The notes under the pieces are model-generated. The model was not told the DNA's origin, ran no database searches, and saw only the letters and a list, made by a program, of their open reading frames with translations. The position numbers and the translations under genes were made by a program. From positions 259,036 through 323,035 of the forward strand of contig JAHDYR010000017.1 of the NCBI GenBank assembly GCA_019828565.1: a stretch of 64,000 nucleotides of DNA, read 5' to 3'. Origin of the DNA: Carpediemonas membranifera BICM. Lineage: Eukaryota; Protista; Fornicata. Below are positions 10,993 to 23,412 of the stretch, piece after piece (position 1 is the stretch's first letter; each line of letters starts with the position of its first letter).

Positions 10993-12085
10993 CGCCCGGC
11001 CGCACACCCAACCCAACCCACGCAGCAAGGGAGCACTCTGATGCCTGCATCACACTTGAAACAACTCCCCCACCACCAAGAGGGGACAGGCCCAACCCAC
11101 AGGGCGGCCTGGAAAGGTGGCCCGAGCACCGACCCCAAGCGCAGCGGGCCTGGAACCAATGAGGACAACACCACATGTTCCGGTAGCGCCAGGCGGAGGG
11201 AAGGCTGCAAAGGACCACTAAGGGACAACCGCATACAACAAGCACGAAATAGGGAAGGCCTGGCAAAACAGCTGGGCCAGTAGGGCGCAAGCGTCCGGAC
11301 AAGCAGTCCGGCGCATCCCTCCGGCGCGCAAGGGGTACCCCCTCCCCACACAGTGGGGGCGCACCAGGAGGATGATGCATGGCAGACTGGCGGAGGTACT
11401 GGATGACGCAAGAAGCTACCCACTCCGTCGGTAACCTGTCGGGAAGGCAGGGCCATCCTGATGTGGCCCGGCGCCTAGCCAGGAACACTGGAAGACGTGG
11501 CAACCGCCCCTGGGAGCTCCCCCCCGATAATGGGAACCTGGAGTGAAATCGGACAGCGCTAGATGAGCCCGAACGCAGCCGGCAAGTCCGTGGAAGTCTA
11601 CCTACGCGGCGTCGGTGGGTTCCTAACCCGGCCCAGCTGGTACGGCGAACTCTAGACCCGACCCCGCCCTGGCGGGTGCCTGAAACATGGCGAGCGGGTC
11701 GAGGAAACTCCAGGACCTCCCTAGGGGACCCGGGGGAGAGGGGAAACGTACGGAAGGTCCCTGACAGCAGCGTGCAGGGCAAGGCTTTGTAGGTGCCAGG
11801 CAGACCTGGGACCCAAAGGGCCCCTAAGAGTAAGACCTGGGTTAGCCTAACTTTGGGGGTATTAATGTGGCCATGTATAGGATCCCTCTAGCGTACCAGC
11901 TAGGCCTTGACGGCCGTTGTTCACGCCCTCTTAGGAAGTGTTAGGTGTGCTCTGTAGAGGTACCAACACGCTTAGGCGTTCCTCGAAGGGGTGACACAAA
12001 CTGTGACATTCAGCTTACACAGCAGGACGAGTAGCAGGACACATTAAATTCTTTCTTTCTTTCTTTGCAGCCCCCAACACTCCCC

Positions 12086-13032
12086 AAGCAGAACGAGCTC
12101 TGCAAGAGTGGGCCAGACGAATGAGGAACGTGCCTCATCGGTCGTTCGACAGCCTTATGACCCTGTGGGGCATGCATCCGGCGATAGATGTCACCGTTAT
12201 ATCAGACGCATCGGACGAGGGGATGGGATCTGTCATCCGGCAGCCGGGTGCCCCCGATATACAGCTGTCCCTTCCCGTGCCACCCTCACTAGCACACTTG
12301 CATATCACCGCCAAGGAGTTCCTGGCCTCGGTGACCGCTGTGCGCCGTCTGCTCGAGTCCTCGGGCTTAGACCTGCAGGGCAGGGAGATAACGGTGTTCT
12401 CCGACTCGACGGCGGCAGTTGGTTGGCTCAACAAGCAGGCCTCCACTCGCGCGCCACCAGAGGTGGTCTCCGAGTCGCTGTCCTTCTTCACGCTCCTATC
12501 GGAGAGAGGCGTCAGCTTGAGGGCTCGACACACCGCAGGCCACCTGAATATAGCCGCCGACTCGCTGTCAAGGTTCACCAAGACGGACTGGCAAACCCCG
12601 GCGGGCGTGCTCCGCCGCATGTTGGACTCGTGGGGGCCGGCCGAGGTCGACTTGACTGGTCACCCCACGAAGGAGCTGCTCCTCCCGTCGTACACCAGCC
12701 GCTCCGTGCCGTTCTCCGGAGACGGTCTGAACCAGAACTGGTGCGGTCGGAGAGTCTTCCTTGCGCCCCCCTGGGCCATGGTCCCAAAGGTGCTAGCCAA
12801 GCTCTACCGTATCATAGAGCCTCTAGGAGACCGAGACCCTCGACAACTACGCTCCGTAACGTTTCTGGTCTTGCCGGACATCAGGTCCGCTCCTATACTC
12901 GCCTTAAAAAGGCTGGCGCCCGAGAAGATGTACTTCTCATTCCCAGCACGGCCAGGGTCAGAGCTGCCAGGCGCCAATGGAAAGCACAGACTAGTCGCCC
13001 TGTGCCTTCCGACGCGTTTGTCACAGGCCTAA
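12086..13032 (+). pseudogene. DIRS RNase H plus adenine-methyltransferase-like (MT) domain
   Basis: SDASDEGMG, HITAKEFLA, FSDSTAAV, HTAGHLNIAADSLSR (RNase H); EVDLTG, DGLNQNW, FLAPPW (MT-like). Confidence 0.85.
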
Positions 13033-13388
13033 GCGAGCATGCGATGTTCGGTGGCCTCGCTCGGGCCACACGGCAAGACTACGCGAGGACCCTTGCGGGC
13101 TTCCTGGTCTACGCGTCCACACTCCCCCCGGTCGAGGCAGCCAAGCGCTGGGCTGACGAACAGGCCCACACCGCTGAAAAGGACAGCATCATGGCCAAGG
13201 CCGGGGTGATAGTCAGGTTTGCCTACCGCGTGCTTCCAGACACCTACGCCCTCGCCGAGGACTTCTGGCCAATCGTAGCAGAAGCAGCTACGGCCTCGAC
13301 GACAGCAGCACACGGCCCCGCGGCACCTGTCAGGCTCAAGTGGATCAATGCAGTCCTCACCCGGACACCCGAGGACCTCATGTGCCAC

Positions 13389-13489
13389 TGTAGTGCACCT
13401 GATTCATTATTTTGATTTGGTCCTCATTGGTCTTTGTTGACACATGTGTGTCGTAATAAAGTGCTTCCTCTTCTTCCTGGTGTACCACA
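13389..13489 (+). repeat. Putative 101-bp 5' LTR of Gypsy element 1
   Basis: TG...CA ends with imperfect inverted termini tgtagtgcacc / ggtgtaccaca, internal aataaa; interrupts the YR ORF and lies 15 bp before gag. No second copy in the window. Confidence 0.6.
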
Positions 13490-13504
13490 GTAATTACTGT
13501 ATCG

Positions 13505-14340
13505 ATGCAATTCCAGGTCCCCGATTTATTCGTAGCCCCTTATTTGAAGACTCCTACCGCCGAAGCTTGGCAGGAACACCGCGAGCAGTATTATGCTTAC
13601 CGCTCCCGCGGAGGTACGCTCGGCATCCGTCTCCTGATCGCCCGAGATGTCTGGGAAGTCCTCAAGCTCCGTGATCCCACTCTTGGTGACTTCGAGGTTC
13701 CTGCTGGCGAAGGAGCTGAAGAATCCGTACGGGAGCTCGTCCGTGCAAACGCCGAAGACGACGACGACGACTCCGACGATGCTTGTTCTGATAACGACAG
13801 CTCTTCGGACGATGACAACGAGGCCCCTAACGACGCTGCTCCTATCCCCGCTCTGGAGAACGACCCTGCAAGCGTGGCTATCGTCAGGCGTATTAACGCC
13901 ATCTTTCAGCCACTCGACAAGCAGGATGCCCTTGATTCCTTCTCCAGGATCCAATGCAAAAAGCGCGGCTCGACGTATCAGAACGCCCTTAATTACGTGT
14001 TCCTCTATCAGCGGCAGTTGGAAAACTGTGCTGACGTTAAGCCTCCTACCAAGCGCCTTGTGCGACGGTTCATCGGTGGGCTCGAACCGGAACGTCTACG
14101 CGATCGTGTAATGACCATCGCGCCCAGAGACGATCTCCAAGCCGCCTTCAAGGCTGCCCTAGAGCAAAGCCGCCACATTGAGCAAACCCAGCATCTGGAC
14201 GCCCAGCGAGAAGAGCGTCGTGTCTCCGATCATCCCAAAGCTACGAATCCCCCGAAATGCTCGTACTGCCACAAGACAGGCCATACAGCCGACCAGTGCT
14301 TCACCAAGAAGCGTTCTCAGTCCGGTAAAGGCTCCAAGTA
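13505..14340 (+). CDS. Ty3/Gypsy gag (3'-truncated)
   Basis: Retrotransposon gag-like core (RFIGGLEPERLR) and CCHC knuckle CSYCHKTGHTADQC. Confidence 0.8.
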
Positions 14341-14860
14341 CGATCATTGTCTCAACGTTATGGCTACAGACCACGAGGGCCGGAAGTCATCAGCCTCGGC
14401 CGAGATTGAGGTTGAGATCCCTCGCGGACATGAGGTGTTGTGACGGGCAGGGGACAGGAACACCGAAGGGAAACGATGAACTAACTTTAAATTGACTTTG
14501 ACGATCATTGACCGATCATAAAAGAACTGATTGGGACAGCTAACACAACGTGACACTGCCTCCATGAGTGGGCATAGGCCGTCTATATTCGTAGGGGGTT
14601 CAATTGGGGTCGCCATTCGGCCCCTCATCAATTGATTCAGAAGGATGGTGGTGAACTCGCATGGTGGAAAATCTGTCCGGATACACGCAAAATCATACAA
14701 CGAACCGCTAAGTAACTAATCAACATCAATATTCTTGAACGCCGTCGTGTTCCGCATCATTCTCAACGCAAAGCACACAATACAAGAGCCGCACTTGCAA
14801 ATCTGCGGTTTCTGCCTCCGCAATGAGAGATGTGGAGTATTATTAAGTAGATGACGACAA

Positions 14861-16786
14861 CTAGAGAGCTTTACGGGCGCTCTTCATCTTCTTGAGCAAT
14901 TGGGGATGCTCAGCAAGATAGTCGTCAAGGGCAGCGAGCTTGTCGAGGTCTCGGGTATAAGGCTCCCAAGTTGCCTCACTATCGTCGTAGCCGTGCCAGA
15001 GCACGTGGAATTGGAGGTTCCTCTGCCTCCAGCGGTGGGCGTCAACTCCTCGGACGACATACTCGTTGTGCAGGCGGGCGGCCCATCGTTGCAGCTCAGC
15101 ATCTGTATATGACCCCTTAAACGTATAAAGAGAGTCTGCGTGCGCTGTGACGGTTGCAAGAGTTGTCAGGTCCTTGAGGGTGTAGACGTTAGGGTGGTCG
15201 CCAGGTGAGAGGACTCGCATAGGGCCTCGGATGATAGGGCCAACGGGCGTGTCTCGCCGGAGTAGAACCGCTGCGCCAACGATTGGTGCGTGCGTCTCCG
15301 AAGGGGGCTCACGTGACACTGCTGATCCTTGGTGGGCCTGAAGGGCGAGGAGGGATGAGCGGAAGTGCTCGAGGGAAATAGGGGAGTCATCGGTCGCGTT
15401 GTTGGTCGTGTGGAGCTGCTTGCCGAAGAGAGCAGCGTTGGCTGAAAGGCCGCTGTACTCATAGGGGATGTCGTTGAGCAGAATCGCTGTGTTGGGGACT
15501 TCCTCAGGCCAGCTCCTGCCTGATTCAAGGGTAAAAGCCTTCAAATGGCGCTTGATCTCGGCGTTGCGTCTTTCAACTACACCACGGCCTGCCGGGTGAT
15601 AAGCTGTACCGAGTTCATGCCTAATGCCATTCTCGGCCACGAATGACTTGAATGCCTGGGAAGAGAATCCGGATGCGTTGTCAGAGACGATAGCTTCGGG
15701 TATTCCATAGTGTTTGATCCAGTGTTCTAAAGAGTTGATGACCTCTGCTGTCGAGGTCGACTGTGTCGGGTACACTTGGGTGAGCTTAGAGAATGTGTCA
15801 ACTACGACTAGTGCGTGCCGGAGTGAGGGGTGACCATCTAGCGGACCAATGTGGTCCATTTGTACCACTTGGAAGGGGTATGCCCCAGCCAATGCATGCG
15901 GGTGCTGGCCGACGGGTTGAACGTTCAGACGGGTGAGCTGACAGACTGGGCACTCACTTACCCATTGTTGGACGTCTTTGTGGAGACCCGGCCAAGATTG
16001 TCCCGCATTCGCGATGCGACGGCAGGTGGCGCGAACACCGAGGTGTCCTGCTGAACCGCCATGGTGTGCCTTGAACGTCTCGCGCTTGTTGAGCGATGCT
16101 TCTGCAGTGCTCACATGGACTAGGCGAGATAGCGTGTCAGCGACGGTGTTCTCTTGACCAGGGATATGGACGAGGTCGAAGTCGAACTCATTCATCGCTA
16201 GTCGCCAGCGAATGACTTTGGCGTTGGTGGATTTGTGGGCAAATAACAGGTTGCGGTGGTCAGTATGTGTTACGAAGTGGCGTCCGGCGAGATATCGCTT
16301 CATCTTCGTCATTCCAAAGTAAATACCGTAACATTCCTGTTCAGTGGTGGACCAGCGGCGCTGGGTTGGGTTCAAAGTGTGGGAGAAGAAGGCGATGGGG
16401 TGCCCTTCCTCGTTCGCGAGCATGCCGCCAACGGCGACGTCCGAGGCGTCGGTGTACAGATGGAGTGTCTCATCAGGTTGTGGGTGTCGTAGCACCCTTT
16501 CCGTTAGTAACTCTGTCTTGACTGCCTCAAGGGCTCTTTGTTGACTGGAACCCCAGGCGAAGGGGCCTGCAGTGGCTCTGGTGAGCACAGTGATTGGCTC
16601 TGTGATGTCGGCATACCTCTCGATGATGGGGCGGAAGTAGTTTGCCAGGCCTAGCACCGAGCGGGCTTCAGTCAGGTTGGTGGGGGGCTTGATGTCGCGA
16701 ATCGCCTGGAGGCGATCAGGAGCGATCCTGCGGCCTCGTGCATTGAGTCTCCATCCTAAGTAGTCGATTTCTTCGACACCGAGGAC
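14861..16786 (-). CDS. Ty3/Gypsy pol 3' part: RT thumb, RNase H, integrase, chromodomain
   Basis: IDYLGW, YTDASDVAVGG, HTDHRNL, HIPGQENTVADTLSR, HH...H...CPVC, MDHIGP, VSDNASGF, VERRN, FHVLWHGYDDSEATWEP. Confidence 0.92.
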   Translation of the reverse strand, partial: VLGVEEIDYLGWRLNARGRRIAPDRLQAIRDIKPPTNLTEARSVLGLANYFRPIIERYADITEPITVLTRATAGPFAWGSSQQRALEAVKTELLTERVLRHPQPDETLHLYTDASDVAVGGMLANEEGHPIAFFSHTLNPTQRRWSTTEQECYGIYFGMTKMKRYLAGRHFVTHTDHRNLLFAHKSTNAKVIRWRLAMNEFDFDLVHIPGQENTVADTLSRLVHVSTAEASLNKRETFKAHHGGSAGHLGVRATCRRIANAGQSWPGLHKDVQQWVSECPVCQLTRLNVQPVGQHPHALAGAYPFQVVQMDHIGPLDGHPSLRHALVVVDTFSKLTQVYPTQSTSTAEVINSLEHWIKHYGIPEAIVSDNASGFSSQAFKSFVAENGIRHELGTAYHPAGRGVVERRNAEIKRHLKAFTLESGRSWPEEVPNTAILLNDIPYEYSGLSANAALFGKQLHTTNNATDDSPISLEHFRSSLLALQAHQGSAVSREPPSETHAPIVGAAVLLRRDTPVGPIIRGPMRVLSPGDHPNVYTLKDLTTLATVTAHADSLYTFKGSYTDAELQRWAARLHNEYVVRGVDAHRWRQRNLQFHVLWHGYDDSEATWEPYTRDLDKLAALDDYLAEHPQLLKKMKSARKAL

Positions 16787-19700
16787 TGTCCAGAGCGGGC
16801 CGGCAGAGGACAACTGGCTGCTCCAGGTGGGGTGCGCACCACCTCACCTGGAGCCCACTCCCCTGCCCTGTATACCTCGCCGTGCGCCAAGCTATGTCGA
16901 GCAATAGATGATCGTCCTCGTGTGCCCAAAAATGCACAGAGGCAAAAACCACCCAAAAGGGAATAAGTTAGCCTCGGTAGGAAAGCGTTGACAGAATACA
17001 CAGTACTCTAACAACAAACAAAACCTACCGCCCATGCTCCTGGGACCCACAAGGGGACCAGACGCAACTAAACGCTCCTCGCACAAACCCACAAGGGAAA
17101 TCAACGCGAACAAGCGTACTGCGCCACCTTTATGATTGAAACCCCTACCGTAACCGGTACCCGCAGTAGGCCCCAGAGGCACTGCGACACGATTGCCTCA
17201 GACAACGTAACTGGGGCCATATGGCAAAAGTAACCCGAGAGCACCGGGACCGGCGGCCAATAGGCTCTCACTGGGAGGCCACTGGGCCACACTACTCCGG
17301 CGCCCGTGCTCTCATGCCGCCCAAGACCGGGCTTGTGGACGTCATCGCCACGAGAGCCGGGATCGCCGCCCGCCGCCGGCATAGGCAACAGGGCCACCAC
17401 AACAGGCCCCCAGTACACCAGCCATACCGGACAACAGACCGGGAGCGCTGAGGGCCCCGTCCACAGCCCCACAAGAAACGCCCAGCCGAAGCCAAAAGGC
17501 ATAAACCATCACGGTGTTTACCAGGACTCACAACCTCTTGGGAGTGACGCGACCCAGGAAGGAAACAACCGGGCTGCGACCACAAGATACAGGACGAGGG
17601 GCGTGAATGGCAACCAGCTGGTGCAGCCGGGCGTCTATGCGAGCACGAAGGCGCTTATAGACCCGCATTTGGCCCCTCAGCTCAGCGTCGAAACCCCGAG
17701 CCGACTTAGACTCGTGGGGACTCAGGTCCTCGTCACGGTAATTCTGAGCCAGGTAGGAAAAGGCAGCGGCACGCTCCCGCCACCGGCTGGCCAGGACGTC
17801 CACCTGGACAAAATCGTCAGCTATGGTCCGCAGGAAATGCGCCTCCCAACCCCGAGGAGTCGCCGGGCCAGGAGTCGGGGACTCCCGAGAAGGAGCGGTG
17901 AAGCCCCTGCCGCCACAAGGCAAGGGACTACCCTGGGGCCCGGAGGGGAATATGGGATCCCCCGTCGGAGTGCGAAGAGGGCCCTGCTTCCCGGGAAAGA
18001 GGCGGCGCCCCCGAAATCGGAGTCCAGGCCGTACTCGGGCCAAGGACTCGATAGGGATCGGAGTGCATAACCCCTGGTAATGCACCTCCCCCTCTGGGGA
18101 CCGCTGGGCAGCGGAGGCGCCGGCCGAATGGCCAGGAGGAGGCGTGAAGGTGGAAGGAGAGATGGAACGGACGCATGGGGAATAAGGGACAGCAGCCCCG
18201 TGTGGGGCGATGCTCCCTGTCCCTGCAATAAGGTTCCCTTTTGGGTTTTCGCCAGACATGTTTTGTGTGGAAACAAGGTCCGCAACAAACCTCGCATACC
18301 TCGCCCCTGAACCATCCGCCCTGAGGAAGGGAAAGGAGCCATACAAGACCAGGACATCGCTGGCTGGCGCCCCTTGGAACCTCCACCAAACCTCCTCAAG
18401 CCCCTCCAAGAAGCTGGCAAAAGTGCACTTCCCGCCTTTTGCCACTCCAAATGGAAACAGGGGAATATCCCAACAGGGACATGCCAGATAGGGAAGAAAG
18501 CATGATTTATGGCTTATTCGCCCTTAAGGCTGCACCCAGAAGGGATCTCAGGAAAACCAGAAGGGAAAAAGCAAATACGTCCATTATACAGCTCGGCAAC
18601 GCGATAGGATACGACAAGATTGTAGACCCAGAACAGGGAAGCTTTACAGCAAAGGAAGGCCCAGGGGAGCTCCGGAAAAGCCGGGCCAAGAAGCTGTTTG
18701 CATCACTTCCCCTCCTGAGACGGTACACAAAAGCCGCCCAACAGCCATACTGGCTATTCATTGAAGGGAACCGGCTGGACCTAGAGCAGGCGGAGACACT
18801 AAGCCGGCTTCGCCCAGGGTCCCCCAAATTTGTGTTCTACCCCAGAGTCCAGGCGGACTACTCCAAGTACGTAGCACATCCCCACCGGACGAGCCAGACG
18901 GCACCAGCTAGTGAGCAACACACCCCATCACTTCTCCCCGTGGAGGAGGGCCTTGATCTCGGCCGAATCCATAACCGGGACTTTTCGAGACCACGCCACA
19001 CAATGACCTCGAACAGCTCCCAAAGCGTCCCAGACGCCTTGGATTGCGCAAACACCACCCCAAATGGGATCAAGGAGTCGTTAACGCCACTGGGCAAGCA
19101 ACTGGCCACACCGGACGAATGGGACTGCATCAGAGCCTCAGCAGATGCGGTTATTCCCACAAGGGACGTTGCCATGGTCTTCACCAGAGATGACGCAACG
19201 GACTTCACTGCCCGAACGGGAAAGGTCGCAAGGACGCTCCTCCTAGAGCTCGTGGCAACATCGCTGCAAGCTGCAGGACATTCTTCGATCTCAGGCAACG
19301 GCATCCAGACCAAGTACGGGATGGAGGCTGCAATGTGGCTCCTCCATGCCGCCGGACACGCCATCTCCGCGGGAGCTGCAGCCAGAGGGCTCCCCCTCAC
19401 TAGGACGCGAAAACAAGAAGCTCTGGGCCGACCTAGGCCGGGAACTAGCCAAAGGGCAAGGCTACCACGCCCCTCACCCCCCGGAGGGAGGTTTCCGCAG
19501 ACCAGACGGCACGCCCATCCAGATCTGGACCCAGGGCCCCGTCGAGGAGATCCTCATCTACAGCAGAACCGAGGGTGTGATGAGGCCAGTCTTCCCACCC
19601 CCACCCCTGGAAGAAGAGCCTTCGGCAGCAGAGGCAGACCTGAGGGAGGAGGTCAGAGACCTCATCCAACGGTGGTCAGTCCCCGGCTTCCCCGAACTCT

Positions 19701-21386
19701 GGTCGGCATGGGATAAGACCAGGCGTCTCTGGCCCCCACCCGCGAGGATTGCCCGCGAACTGGTGTCTGCCTCCTTTCTGACGCGCAACATCACTAACTA
19801 CTGGCTCACAACGGGGCAGACCCAAGTTATAGAGCCCGTACGGGATGGGGCATCTCATGGAGCCCTGGGTACTAACGAAGAAGAAACCCCCCTGGGCCCG
19901 AGCGGCAGCAGGACTTCCGGCCCTGATGACACACCCACCACGCCAAACAAGGGCACATGCGGGCCCAGCATGGGAGCTAGCCCGCCTCGTTCCAATATCA
20001 CCCAACGAGCCAACACCACCAGGCAGTTGATCGCTATGGTGGACTTTGAGGAAGGAAGAGCCAGATCCAACCAAGGAGACGAGGCCATCATTTGCGAAGG
20101 GACGGCACTGATTTTCGACCCAGCTAACGAGCAAATCCTCTACTACATGCACGGGATGCTTGGGGAAGACATCACAGTGGATGCCCTGGACCAATGTCTG
20201 TGGGCCACGCACTACATCCATGGCTGCCCACCAGCTACGTTTGTCGACGTCACCACGGGCAAAGCCCCCAAGGGATACGAAGCAGACTTCCCCCACGCCA
20301 AGCGATGGTGCACCGAGATGGCTACAGAGCTGAAGAGACTGGAAGACGACTCGGGGCCACAGAAGACCCACGTCCACATCGTGGCTAAGGGAGTCGAGGA
20401 GCTGAGAGAAGCATCCTGACCAGTGAGAAGTTCGTCCCAGACGGGAACCTCCGCACCTGGCTAAGCTTACGCCTCATGGATGAAACTGACCTCAACACGA
20501 TCTTCCCCAACATCCTCGACACGCTGACCTGGTTCTACCCCAATAGTGGGGAGAAGAGCCTCACCGGCCTCCCCTCCCGACCCCAGTCCGAACTGGGCCG
20601 GGCCTGGACCAGAAGGTACCAACAGCGCCCGGAGGCAAAAGTGGTGTGCCCCTATCACAAGCACGCACCCCACCACTGCCACTGCGCCCTAGCAGATGTC
20701 TCCATATTCTACGCCAGACTAGCAACAGCGTTCTGGATGAGAGACAACCCAGGCTGGGACTGGGGGCAGGTAGAAGCCCACCCTCACAGCCCTAGGAAGC
20801 ATGCTCATGGGCAGGGAGTCGCCGTACCATGATGAATACAAGGACCTGGCGACCAAAGTCAACGCCAGACACGGCCTCGGCACCGTGGCGGCCGGTCGCC
20901 TAACCCCATTGTCCCAACAAGTCAACCTCTTTGGCACCAAGAACCCCAAACGGGGCCAGATTATCATGACCAACTGGGAGGAAAACGATTTCAGCTCCGG
21001 AAAGGGTATCACCAGAGCCCTGGAAGGAACAGCCGTGATCATCGGAAACCCAGAATCGCTCGCGAGAGTAGGCGAACCAGCGCGACCCATCCTCCTGGAA
21101 ATCCACTCGGAGTGGAACGGGCGCCGCCGCGCTGTCCAAGACGGTTTCCCTTGGGCGAACCTGAGGGGGGAGCCCACGGAAATAGACGCGGAAAAGATGC
21201 TTACTCTAGACGTCAGCGACACCAAAACGATGACCCTATCCCAAGCGGCGTCTTTGATGCCCGTCCACAAATTCGACATAGCTGGAGGCCACATGGGCAG
21301 AGAAGCCAGGAAGAAGATCTTCAACTACTTCACGGAGGTCCCAGCCGACGACCGAGAACTCCTGGCCAACATGTGTGTCGACCCGG
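16787..21386 (+). mobile_element. Non-LTR retrotransposon family B, 5' portion (long leader plus ORF1 with Maelstrom-like domain); 3' part missing
   Basis: ORF1 pieces 18439-19716, 19346-20419, 20476-20832 and 20801-21386 are homologous to family A ORF1 (MVDFEE, ICEGTALIFD, IHGCPP, AKGVE, CPYHKHAPHHCHCALAD, SEWNGRRR, TLSQAASL). The 5' boundary is inferred from where Gypsy pol homology stops. Confidence 0.75.
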
Positions 21387-22299
21387 AGAAGAAGAAGAAA
21401 TTTATGGTGCTTGGATTCTGACCCCGGACTGAGCTTGTTTCCCGTTGTCTTGGAACTGAGTGCCCCGGGGTACTGCCTATTTCCCGTGGCAAACTGGTCA
21501 GCAGCGTTTGCCTTGGGCTTTCGGTGCTACTGTCTCCGCGGAAAGCCGATTCCAATCGCCCCAGAGGCCCTGCGGCCATCTCCGTGCAAATATGCTTTCC
21601 TGTCTACCTGAAAGTCCGGCAACTATCCGGGGAGCCTGGGGGTCTGTCCTCGGGGCATTGACAGGCAGGATCGTCCTGCAGAACCTTGACTATGACACTC
21701 CTTGCTTCCCTGCAGTCCTTGTAGAGCCGTTCAGCCACGGCACCCTCTCGTCTGTCCGGTTCCCCAATTCCATGCCCCCTCGACTCTGTTAGGAAGCCTA
21801 CCCGAAGGCGGGGAAAGTGACTAAGTCCATGCTGTCTACCCCGGTTAGGTGGCGTGGGTCAGGGCATGGGTGGTGTACCCCCAGGCACTAGGCCTGGTTG
21901 TCCTGTTACCCCTTACAACATTTCGCTTGCACTACATGTCCTTGGTTTCCCATGTCGTTTAACAAGGGCGGCAGGGGCACCTGTGCCCCTCCGACCCCCG
22001 TGGCCAGTCCCTGCAGTTTCCTTGGGGTCCCAACGAGTGGTGCAACCATATGAATATGGATTTCCTTGACCTTGTCCTTGCTCTGTCCTTGTCGCATGTC
22101 CTTTCTTTCTTATTTCTGGTCTGTCCTTCCCTGTTCTTTCCTTGCAGTCGTTCCTTCCCTTGCTTTGGTTCCTGGCCACCGGGATACGTGGGGCCTTTCC
22201 TCACTGATCCCAGGAGCTTAGCACTCAGCGAGGGTGGTCCATGGCTGATTCCTTGTCCATCCCTTCCCGGTCCTGGAGTCAGGGGTTCATGACATGCTT

Positions 22300-23412
22300 C
22301 TATTCCACCTTGAAGCTGTTGTAAACCTTTGCCAGTTCCCGTAGTCCTGCCGTGAGGCCTTCCCAAATGTCCTCCGAGCCCCATATTATTAGTTGCTGTA
22401 ATTCTAGGATGGGTCTTTCCTGGTACCATTCGCCCTGGGGGCCCTGCCTTACTTCCAAGTCCTTAGTTTTGTGCTTCGCTGCTGTCCACAGCTTTGTCCA
22501 AGCATCTCCCCTGTCTACTGCCGGGCATTCACAGATTATGTGCGCTGCCGATCCTAGCCTCTGGCCCTCTGCCCACTCCCCTGATCATTTCCTGCTTCCT
22601 TGCTGGTCCTGGCTTTTCCCTAATGATCCTGTAGAACAGGCTCACCTCCGACTCCTCCGAGCATAGGGGGCATAGTCTGCTAATTTCTCTCTTCAGGTCA
22701 GCGCCTTGGGCCAGCTCTGTGATGGCTCTCAAAGGGCCCTCCCTCTCTCTGCCGACGATGGGGATGGGCTGACATTGGCTGCAATGGATACAATTCTCTT
22801 CCATTCCGCCCTGCTTTGCCCCTTCCCAGCCTTTCGGTCTACCGTAGGCTTACCTTGCAGACACTTGCTTAATTTCCTTGTCCCCATGATTTCCATTAGT
22901 CCTAGTGCCGTACGGCTTTTGCACCGCTTCATCCACCCCCTCCTGATCGTTTCCATGCCATAATCCAGTAGCGCTGGTTTAGGGGCTCCCTCTCTGGTGC
23001 CCTCCAGTAGATGCTGCACTCTCTCCCTAGCTTCCCACATAACCGTGCCTCTACCCCATTCTCTGTTTCTGACTGGTATATCCTGGTCCCTGTAGTTGAC
23101 TATCCTTTTGACTGCCAGCCATTCCATGTGTGCCTGGAGGTCCACCCATCCATTCATCAGCCTCATGGCTGCGCCCCCTCCCGGTCCTGTTCCTGCCATG
23201 ATTCCCTGCCAGTCATTCCAGATCCTTCTACCTCCCGGTGCGTTCCCCCACACCTCGACTCCGAAGAGGATCCTGGGCCATATATATATTTCCAGTAGTA
23301 GCCTGCTCGCTAGTGCTGGCATGTTTGCCCTGGTCCACCCTGCCCATCTCACCAGTCTCTTGTACCTTTCGCTCTGCTCCTGTTTCCGCCTTATGCAGGC
23401 CGACATAGGGTC
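22300..23412 (-). pseudogene. LINE C ORF2 C-terminal part
   Basis: YIWPRILFGVEVWG, CPLC...HIICEC; homologous to 62060-63184. Confidence 0.85.

Larger units (their letters stand above)
3983..12066 (+). mobile_element. Non-LTR retrotransposon family A, copy 1 (5'-truncated; ORF1 with Maelstrom-like domain, ORF2 APE-RT)
   Basis: 19-bp TSD gcagcccccaacactcccc at 3964-3982 and 12067-12085; 3' tail attaaatt(cttt)4; two ORFs. Confidence 0.93.
3138..13388 (+). mobile_element. DIRS-order (tyrosine recombinase) retrotransposon, family 1; truncated at both ends and interrupted by a LINE (3983-12066)
   Basis: RT at 3138-3982 continues after the 19-bp TSD into RNase H and MT (12086-13032) and the start of the YR ORF. 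Homologous to the array at 42473-51499. Cut at 13389 by a Gypsy LTR. Confidence 0.85.

Noticed and set aside
10856-11782. Antisense ORFs in LINE 3' UTRs and other GC-rich shadow ORFs
   Set aside because: Low-complexity translations, frames not preserved between copies, and no motifs.
16787-17100. HDV-like or hammerhead ribozyme at a LINE 5' end
   Set aside because: A tcctcgt loop-like motif is present, but I could not build the P1/P3 pairings. The CTGATGA hits I saw elsewhere are in coding sequence without a matching GAAA core.
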